This document shows, one piece after another, positions 1 through 4,952 of a stretch of 6,925 nt of DNA. How positions within the stretch are numbered: the stretch's first letter is position 1; every line of letters starts with the position of its first letter. A model generated the notes under the pieces. That model made no database searches. It was given only the letters and a program-made list of their open reading frames with translations, and was not told where the DNA came from. Origin of the DNA: Caedimonas varicaedens (GTDB lineage: Bacteria > Pseudomonadota > Alphaproteobacteria > Caedimonadales > Caedimonadaceae); NCBI GenBank assembly GCA_001192655.1, contig BBVC01000050.1, forward strand, positions 1-6,925, written 5' to 3'. A program made the position numbers and the translations under genes.

Positions 1-11
1 TATGTTGTTAG

Positions 12-383
12 CTATATATTAGGATGAGCATTTATAAAAGAGTCAATAAAACGAGAAATATACATGGTAGAAGAACCAGCTGAAACTACCAACTTCAAAT
101 GGTTTTTTATTTTCTTTGGGCCGTTTAGAATTTTTTCCTCTGTAAATTCCAACATATTTGAAATCCTGATCGCATCTTGATAAAGAAGTTGCCCTTTAGG
201 GGTCAATTCGAGTCCGTTCTCGCTTCTCGTAAAAAGCTGACAATTTAGTTCCTGCTCTAAGCTTTTTATCATCTTACTAAGAGCCGTCGGCGTAATATTG
301 TGCTTTGCCGCAGCACGTGCAAAACTTCCGCAAGAAGCTACTCTATAAAAAGTTTTTAATTTTCCCCAGTTAAGACGATCCAT
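12..383 (-). CDS. LysR-family transcriptional regulator, truncated. It has the HTH domain plus the first ~35 residues of the effector domain and ends at an in-frame TAG. Probable remnant or pseudogene.
   Basis: The N-terminus WGKLKTFYRVASCGSFARAAAKHNITPTALSKMIKSLEQELNCQLFTRSENGLELTPKG is a classic LTTR winged-HTH. The following KLVVSAGSSTMYISRFIDSFINAHPNI matches the start of the LTTR substrate-binding domain (the ..F...[HY]P.[VI] motif). The ORF stops at TAG (12-14) after 123 codons, whereas LTTRs are typically ~300 aa. An AAGGA RBS (complement of 390-394) lies 6 nt upstream of the ATG at 383. Confidence 0.75.
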   Translation of the reverse strand: MDRLNWGKLKTFYRVASCGSFARAAAKHNITPTALSKMIKSLEQELNCQLFTRSENGLELTPKGQLLYQDAIRISNMLEFTEEKILNGPKKIKNHLKLVVSAGSSTMYISRFIDSFINAHPNI

Positions 384-440
384 AAGCTGTCCTTGTTATT
401 CATTCATATATGATAAAAGCTTTTAGCATATTTTTGGCAT

Positions 441-460
441 AAGAGTAAAAATTTACTCTT
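441..460. promoter_or_regulatory. 20-bp near-perfect dyad (AAGAGTAAA aa TTTACTCTT), a candidate operator in the divergent intergenic region
   Basis: Nine of ten positions pair across the centre. It lies 58 bp upstream of the LysR start and 178 bp upstream of the 214-aa ORF. No T-run follows on either strand, so a terminator is unlikely. It is not a canonical T-N11-A LTTR box. Confidence 0.35.
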
Positions 461-637
461 AGATAAAAATTAGGGACTTTTCTCGTAATTTTATTAGAGA
501 CAAAAAAATGTTGGAGAAAGGAATCTTCAAAAAATCTTGAGTGGTGAGCATGTCTTTCCTATTGTACTTCTTTTCCAATAATGATTACACTTAAGCACTT
601 GCTCTAAAATCAGTATGAGACGATAGGTCATGTTTCT

Positions 638-1282
638 ATGACACCGAAAGAATTAGCGTTGCGTCATCCACAGCTCTACCACATCACAGAACCGGGAGCT
701 TGGTCGAGTATTAAAAAAAACGGATTATTGTCGACACGTTGCCTTCTTGAATTATTTGAAATTGATAACTTACAAAGAATAATTATTGAAGCTAAGCCCA
801 GGCTATTGCCGATACCGCTTGAACATCCGGAACATGGGCGCATTATTATCAATGACAACTTACCTCTTAATGAACAGGTATTGGCAAACTGTCTGAACGA
901 TAATTTGACACCTGCTGACTGGCTTCGTATGCTTAATACTCGTGTATTTTTCTGGGCAAGCAAAGAGGGACTGAATCGTTTGCTTGGTGCACGCCTTAAT
1001 CGTAACAGACCTCGTGAAATTATCGTTGTAGACACTCTCAGCCTTGCAGAAGCACACGCCCCACGTATAGAATTTTGCCCAATTAATTCAGGTTCCACCT
1101 TACGGAAAGCGGCCCGTCGCGGACTTAATACCTTTACTAATATGTTACTGTATAGCTTCGAAGACTGGAGTAAACTCCGAGGACGTCACGATCGTATCTT
1201 GGAAATTACTGTTCAAGACCACGTTATAGATATCGCTCAACACACTCTGGAAGTTTTGCAAACTGCAAATAATAGTCTTTGA
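638..1282 (+). CDS. Uncharacterised 214-aa protein, possibly ADP-ribosyltransferase-fold (DarT-like motif layout). Function unproven.
   Basis: It is a long clean ORF with non-repetitive, globular-looking composition. Motifs are LYHITEPGAWSSIKKNGLLS (res 13-32), RVFFW (102-106), PINSGST (148-154) and ILEITVQDHV (187-196). I recall the N-terminal signature LYH[MI].E.G.W.SI...GLLS from widespread uncharacterised proteobacterial proteins, possibly catalogued as a DUF, but I cannot verify that here. No convincing SD precedes the ATG at 638 (only GATAGG ~10 nt upstream). Confidence 0.7.
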   Translation: MTPKELALRHPQLYHITEPGAWSSIKKNGLLSTRCLLELFEIDNLQRIIIEAKPRLLPIPLEHPEHGRIIINDNLPLNEQVLANCLNDNLTPADWLRMLNTRVFFWASKEGLNRLLGARLNRNRPREIIVVDTLSLAEAHAPRIEFCPINSGSTLRKAARRGLNTFTNMLLYSFEDWSKLRGRHDRILEITVQDHVIDIAQHTLEVLQTANNSL

Positions 1283-1434
1283 TCTTTTATATTAAAATTC
1301 TCACCATCTGTCATTTTTAAGAGGGGTATTGAATAGCAAAAAAGCAAGCTGTATTTTGAGATTACTTTATTCTTTAAAAACAAACTGATAGAGAAGAAAT
1401 TTATGAATTTTTTACTATTGACTTGATAAAAATA

Positions 1435-1462
1435 TTGACTCGGCATTTAATTTAAATAACGT
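1435..1462 (+). promoter_or_regulatory. Candidate sigma70-type promoter for mutL
   Basis: TTGACT (1435-1440), a 16-bp spacer, then TAACGT (1457-1462, which keeps T1, A2 and T6 of TATAAT), ~28 nt upstream of the mutL ATG. The -35 box is part of an 8-mer TATTGACT that also occurs 17 bp upstream (1416-1423). This is pattern match only. Confidence 0.25.
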
Positions 1463-1489
1463 TTTCAAATTCCAATAGAAGGAGTGAGT

Positions 1490-3223
1490 ATGCCTATTCG
1501 TATCCTGCCTTCTCAACTCATTTACCAAATAGCTTCAGGGGAAGTTATCGATCGACCTTATTCCATCGTTAAGGAATTACTGGAAAATGCTATAGATGCT
1601 CAAGCTTCCTCTATCTGGATGATGCTTCATAACGGAGGAGAAAGTTATATTAGTGTCAAGGACAATGGGACGGGAATGTGCCTGGAAGACATAGAATTAG
1701 CTGTTAAGCATCATACAACATCTAAACTTACGGCTGATAATTTAGAGAATATTCAAACTTTGGGATTTAGAGGTGAAGCTCTACCTTCTATTTCTTTTGT
1801 AAGCAGGATGTCTATAACGAGTAAATGTAAAGAAGATGAATGGGGATGGTTTGTTCAATTTGAGGATCAATCCATTGCAAGTTTTAAACCTTCCATCTGT
1901 ACAACAGGTACCCACGTAGAAGTCAGGGATCTCTTTTATAAAACACCTAATCGGCTCAAGTTTTTAAAGACTCCTGAATGGGAATTCCAAGGTATCTTAA
2001 ATACCTTCAAGCGTCTGACGATGGCTTATCCTTCAATTGCGTTCAATCTGAATAATGACAAAAAGACGATTATTAATTTTCTGGCTGCTTCCTTTGAAGA
2101 CAGAATAGCGGATGTTTTAGGAGAAGCATTTAAAGATAATTCTCTTATGATTGAGGAAAGGAGGGGCTATATAAGGTTAAAGGGATTCATAAGCCTTCCC
2201 AGCTTTACTCAGTCTACAGCTAATTTTCAGTATTTATTTGTAAATGGCAGACCCATCAATAATAAATTACTTTCTTCCGCTATAAGGGTTGCTTATGAAG
2301 GTCTATTATTTCGGAATCGTTATCCTATGCTTGCTTTGTTTCTTGATATTCCAGGAGAATATGTAGACATCAACATTCATCCTAAAAAATATGAAGTGAG
2401 ATTCAAGGAAGCAGAGTTCGTCAAGGAAACCATCAAAAATATTTTAAAGGAAACACTCACAAAAACGAGATTTGCAGTTTCAACAAGCTTTGGCGAGGAA
2501 ACCTTCAGTTCATTTGACTCAGGAGATTTCAGTGGCATAGTTCCTTTTAGCAAGAAAAATCTCCGCGAAGAATTTAGAAGGAAAAATAAAGGTCACCTTT
2601 CTTTAAATGAGTCGCTTGATATTTCATACAGGCAATACCCTCTGGGGCAAGCCATTGGGCAAATCTATAACACTTATATTATTTCAGAAGGAGAAGAGAA
2701 ATTCTTTATTATTGATCAACATGCGGCCCATGAACGTATCCTTTATGAAGAGATAAAAGAAAGTCTAAAAGGCCGGGGATTAAAAATTACTCCTTTAAAC
2801 CCGCCCTTAAACTTTAAATTTGATCCTGCCAAAAGGTTCGATGTTCTTCTCAAATATCAGAAAGAATTAAAACTTTTTGGGCTTAACATCAATTTCAAGG
2901 ATTATCCTCAATTCTTGAGGGTTGAAGGAATTCCAGAGATATTGGGTGAGATCAACGTAGAATCTTTGCTCAGCGATTTAGTTGAAGAAATTATAGAGTT
3001 TGGCGAGCCTTTACGATTAAATGAGCATGTACACCAGCTTTGCTCAACTCTTTCTTGCCATTTAAGTATAAGAGGAGGAGAAAAGCTAAGTCTCCAAGAA
3101 TTAAATAAGCTTCTCCGAGAAATCGAAGGTGTAAATTATTCAGGTCAATGCAATCATGGGAGACCCACTTATCTCTCTCTTCGCAAAAGAGATTTAGAGA
3201 AAATATTTAGAAGAAATACTTAA
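1490..3223 (+). CDS. mutL: DNA mismatch repair protein MutL (endonuclease-proficient type)
   Basis: The N-terminal GHKL ATPase motifs are present: IASGEVIDRPYSIVKELLENAIDA, DNGTGM and LGFRGEALPSISFVS. The C-terminal endonuclease and zinc motifs are DQHAAHERILYEE (2714-2752), SCHLSIRGG and CNHGRPT (3149-3169). I chose the ATG at 1490 because AAGGAG (1479-1484) lies 5 nt upstream. The GTG at 1484 in the ORF track overlaps that RBS. Confidence 0.93.
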   Translation: MPIRILPSQLIYQIASGEVIDRPYSIVKELLENAIDAQASSIWMMLHNGGESYISVKDNGTGMCLEDIELAVKHHTTSKLTADNLENIQTLGFRGEALPSISFVSRMSITSKCKEDEWGWFVQFEDQSIASFKPSICTTGTHVEVRDLFYKTPNRLKFLKTPEWEFQGILNTFKRLTMAYPSIAFNLNNDKKTIINFLAASFEDRIADVLGEAFKDNSLMIEERRGYIRLKGFISLPSFTQSTANFQYLFVNGRPINNKLLSSAIRVAYEGLLFRNRYPMLALFLDIPGEYVDINIHPKKYEVRFKEAEFVKETIKNILKETLTKTRFAVSTSFGEETFSSFDSGDFSGIVPFSKKNLREEFRRKNKGHLSLNESLDISYRQYPLGQAIGQIYNTYIISEGEEKFFIIDQHAAHERILYEEIKESLKGRGLKITPLNPPLNFKFDPAKRFDVLLKYQKELKLFGLNINFKDYPQFLRVEGIPEILGEINVESLLSDLVEEIIEFGEPLRLNEHVHQLCSTLSCHLSIRGGEKLSLQELNKLLREIEGVNYSGQCNHGRPTYLSLRKRDLEKIFRRNT

Positions 3224-3308
3224 CATTCTACTTTACATGACTGACTTGCATTTTCTTTTTTCTGGTCTGATATGATACAATTCTTGCATAATTACACCTA
3301 TATAGAAA

Positions 3309-3385
3309 TCGCAAGGATTCGCAAAGAATCGCAACTCTTTCGCAACAAGAAACGGCAAAATACTGCCAAAATCGCTAAATCGCAA
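3309..3385. repeat. Array of six TCGCAA-type hexamers with helical phasing; candidate protein-binding (arm-type or iteron-like) sites
   Basis: TCGCAA occurs at 3309, 3319, 3329, 3340 and 3380, and TCGCTA at 3372. Spacings are 10, 10, 11, 32 and 8 bp. The 11-mer TCGCAAAGAAT occurs exactly twice (3319-3329 and 3380-3390). The array lies in the 185-bp convergent gap between the mutL stop (3223) and the integrase stop (3409). Confidence 0.6.
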
Positions 3386-3408
3386 AGAATTCAAGGATTA
3401 TGAAAATT

Positions 3409-4572
3409 CTATCTTGAGGCGTGATTCAAAATAGCCTGTGTTGCCTTTTCCACAGAATCTCTCACAGGATCAATGTTCAACCGGGCATAAACTGCCGTGG
3501 ATTGCGGGCTTTTATGTCCCAGTGACTGACCAATCATGAAACTGTTCGCTCCAGTAGCTGCTTGCCAGCTTCCCAACGTTCTTCTAAGATCGTGGAGTCT
3601 CAAGTCTTTGATACACGCCCGTTGCAGAATCCTTTTCCACCCTGCCTTCGGTTCGACCAGATGACCTGTCACCCCATATCCTTCAAAGACCCATTCTCTT
3701 TGACCATATTTTTGGGCACGGTCTTTCAGGATATCAATGACTTTCTCAATCAGATGAACACGCAGGGATTCACCATTCTTGGTCTCCGGTATCAGCCACT
3801 CTCTCCGTTCAAGATGGATGTCTTCCCAGCGCATAGAAAGAACATTGGATTTTCTCACTCCTGTTAAAAGAGAAATGTAGATATAGTCACGAATGGCATC
3901 ATTTTCTTCTGCATCCAGACTTTCAAAGAAGCGAGGTAATTCGTCAGGATGAAGAAATCTATCTCTTGATTTCTCTTTAAACTTCTTGACTCCTTGTGCT
4001 GGATTGGTTCCTTTCCAACCCCACTCAATAGCTTTGTTGTAGATAATGTGAATTCTTGCTAATAGTCGATTAGCTTGATAAAGACCATTCTCTTTCCTAA
4101 TCTTTTCATGAAGAGATTGGATATCTTGTTTGGTAATAGAAGATAGCTTTCTTTGAAACCAGTGACCAAGAAAGCGGAGGATGTCCTTCTCATCCGTCTT
4201 CCAGGTTTTCTTGTTCTGCTTGCTGTATCGTTCCATGAAAAGAGAAAACATCTCTCCAAAAGATATTTCAGCTCGGAGGTTCTTCTTCTCTGAGTTAGGA
4301 TTCTTACCCCTGAGCATCTCTGCAATAACCCGCTGAGCGTTGTTACGAGCATTTTCAACACTCATTTCAGGATACTTACCCAGAGTAACTCTTACAGGCT
4401 TGCCATTGCATTTGCGGTAGACCTTGAAGGATTTGGTTCCTTGCTCAGTCACCATCAATTCCAATCCTCGTATCCTGGTATCATAAAAATAAAGACGTTT
4501 ACCTGTTTCAGGCAAAGAAAGGCTATCCAGAGTCTTCTTCGTAAAGTTAAAACTGTTCTCTTGTTGTTTCAT
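3409..4572 (-). CDS. int: Tyrosine recombinase / phage-type (P4-like) integrase with an N-terminal arm-DNA-binding domain
   Basis: The N-terminus LSLPETGKRLYFYDTRIRGLELMVTEQGTKSFKVYRKCNGKPVRVTLGKYPEMSVENARNNA is the typical DUF4102/P4-integrase arm-binding domain. Catalytic signature residues are all present: LLTGVRKSN (Arg), LHDLRRT (His-x-x-Arg), GHKS (His) and AVYAR (Tyr). An AAGGAG RBS lies 5 nt upstream of the ATG on the minus strand (TAAGGAGAAATCATG). Confidence 0.93.
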   Translation of the reverse strand: MKQQENSFNFTKKTLDSLSLPETGKRLYFYDTRIRGLELMVTEQGTKSFKVYRKCNGKPVRVTLGKYPEMSVENARNNAQRVIAEMLRGKNPNSEKKNLRAEISFGEMFSLFMERYSKQNKKTWKTDEKDILRFLGHWFQRKLSSITKQDIQSLHEKIRKENGLYQANRLLARIHIIYNKAIEWGWKGTNPAQGVKKFKEKSRDRFLHPDELPRFFESLDAEENDAIRDYIYISLLTGVRKSNVLSMRWEDIHLERREWLIPETKNGESLRVHLIEKVIDILKDRAQKYGQREWVFEGYGVTGHLVEPKAGWKRILQRACIKDLRLHDLRRTLGSWQAATGANSFMIGQSLGHKSPQSTAVYARLNIDPVRDSVEKATQAILNHASR

Positions 4573-4637
4573 GATTTCTCCTTATCCGTTCAATTCCAAT
4601 GATAAAAATTCAAAGAGTCAGCTCTTTTTTTCACGTT

Positions 4638-4693
4638 CCTCTAAAACATTTGGGTATACACAGGGTATACTTTAGAGGTGCAATCTGGTATAT
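4638..4693. promoter_or_regulatory. Phased GGTATA(C/T) boxes; an 8-bp inverted repeat brackets the first two. Candidate regulator, Xis or integrase binding region upstream of int.
   Basis: GGGTATAC occurs at 4652-4659 and 4663-4670 (11-bp phasing), and TGGTATAT at 4686-4693 (23 bp further on). CCTCTAAA (4638-4645) and TTTAGAGG (4671-4678) are exact inverted repeats enclosing the first two boxes. The region lies 66-121 bp upstream of the int start codon. Confidence 0.4.
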
Positions 4694-4787
4694 TTTTATC
4701 AAAGAGCATCCATTCGTAACTAGCTTATTATATAGGATTTGTAAAGAATTATAGAGTTTCATATAAAGAAAAATAAGTTAAACCTTA

Positions 4788-4835
4788 TGATTTATAATCA
4801 GTAGGTCGTTGGTTCGAATCCGACATCCGGCACCA
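4788..4835 (+). pseudogene. tRNA 3' fragment (partial anticodon arm, variable loop, T-arm, acceptor 3' strand, discriminator A, encoded CCA); a likely att-site half
   Basis: The parse is: T-stem GTTGG (4808-4812), T-loop TTCGAAT (4813-4819), CCGAC (4820-4824), acceptor 3' strand ATCCGGC (4825-4831), A, then CCA (4833-4835). Upstream are AGGTC as the variable loop and TCAGT as the anticodon-stem 3' strand. Only 3 bp (TGA/TCA) of the anticodon stem can pair. The required 5' acceptor strand GCCGGAT and a D-arm are absent from the ~75 nt upstream, so this is not an intact tRNA gene. Taken at face value the loop TTTATAA gives anticodon TAT, but the identity is unreliable because homology breaks there. 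Confidence 0.7.
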
Positions 4836-4952
4836 CCTCTCCTCCGCAACGATACAAAACCTTAAAGAAATCTGGAAAACTCAATAATCTGCCTAGTATT
4901 TATGCGTCGGTTCGGTTAGGATTGCGCAAGAAAGAATCAGAGAATTGTACTG

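Larger units (their letters stand above)
3409..4835. mobile_element. Integrase module plus tRNA-fragment att junction, the end of an integrated element or island remnant. The left boundary is unresolved.
   Basis: An intact P4-type integrase lies 216 bp from an orphan tRNA 3' fragment. The 5' side of the fragment faces the integrase, which is the geometry expected of an attR-type junction. Short phased repeats lie on both sides of int. Confidence 0.45.

Noticed and set aside
509-594. Mini-ORFs in the leader: MLEKGIFKKS (509-541) and MSFLLYFFSNNDYT (550-594)
   Set aside because: Neither has a properly spaced RBS (GGTGAG lies only 1 nt from the second ATG). There is no regulatory codon run and no alternative hairpins that would suggest attenuation.
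630-641. Three-codon uORF ATG TTT CTA TGA overlapping the 214-aa gene start in an ATGA arrangement
   Set aside because: It is too short, has no RBS, and is easily produced by chance in AT-rich DNA. It is not enough to claim translational coupling.
713-720. A8 homopolymer inside the 214-aa gene as a possible slipped-strand phase-variation tract
   Set aside because: A similar A8 run occurs in ftsK near position 5000. Such tracts are common in low-GC genomes, and nothing here indicates length variation.
676-1098. 140-aa minus-strand ORF, plus a nested 65-aa ORF at 860-1057, antisense to the 214-aa gene
   Set aside because: Both lie entirely inside, and antisense to, a better ORF. The translations are Arg/Ser/Leu-rich, which is typical of antisense frames, and I recognise no motif or RBS.
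1237-1446. 69-aa minus-strand ORF spanning the gap between the orphan gene and mutL
   Set aside because: The peptide is AT-rich and low-complexity (FYQVNSKKFINFFSISLFLKNK...). It overlaps the 3' end of the 214-aa gene and the putative mutL promoter, and has no RBS. It is most likely a chance ORF in AT-rich DNA.
1484-1486. GTG start for mutL as given in the ORF track
   Set aside because: The GTG overlaps the AAGGAG Shine-Dalgarno (1479-1484). The ATG at 1490 has ideal 5-nt spacing and gives the canonical MutL N-terminus MPIRILP.
3271-3276. TATGAT hexamer shared with 4786-4791 as a possible att core direct repeat
   Set aside because: Only 6 bp match and the flanks diverge immediately. A match of this length is expected by chance in AT-rich sequence.
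3562-4361. ORFs 3562-3867 (+, 101 aa) and 4059-4361 (-, 100 aa) inside the integrase gene
   Set aside because: These are an antisense frame and an alternative frame of a gene whose main frame carries a complete integrase motif set. The translations have no recognisable features.
4611-4631. AAAGAG-tcag-CTCTTT hairpin followed by a T-run (terminator-like on the + strand)
   Set aside because: The stem is 6 bp, AT-rich and weak, and no + strand gene upstream needs termination. It lies in the int 5' leader on the opposite strand.
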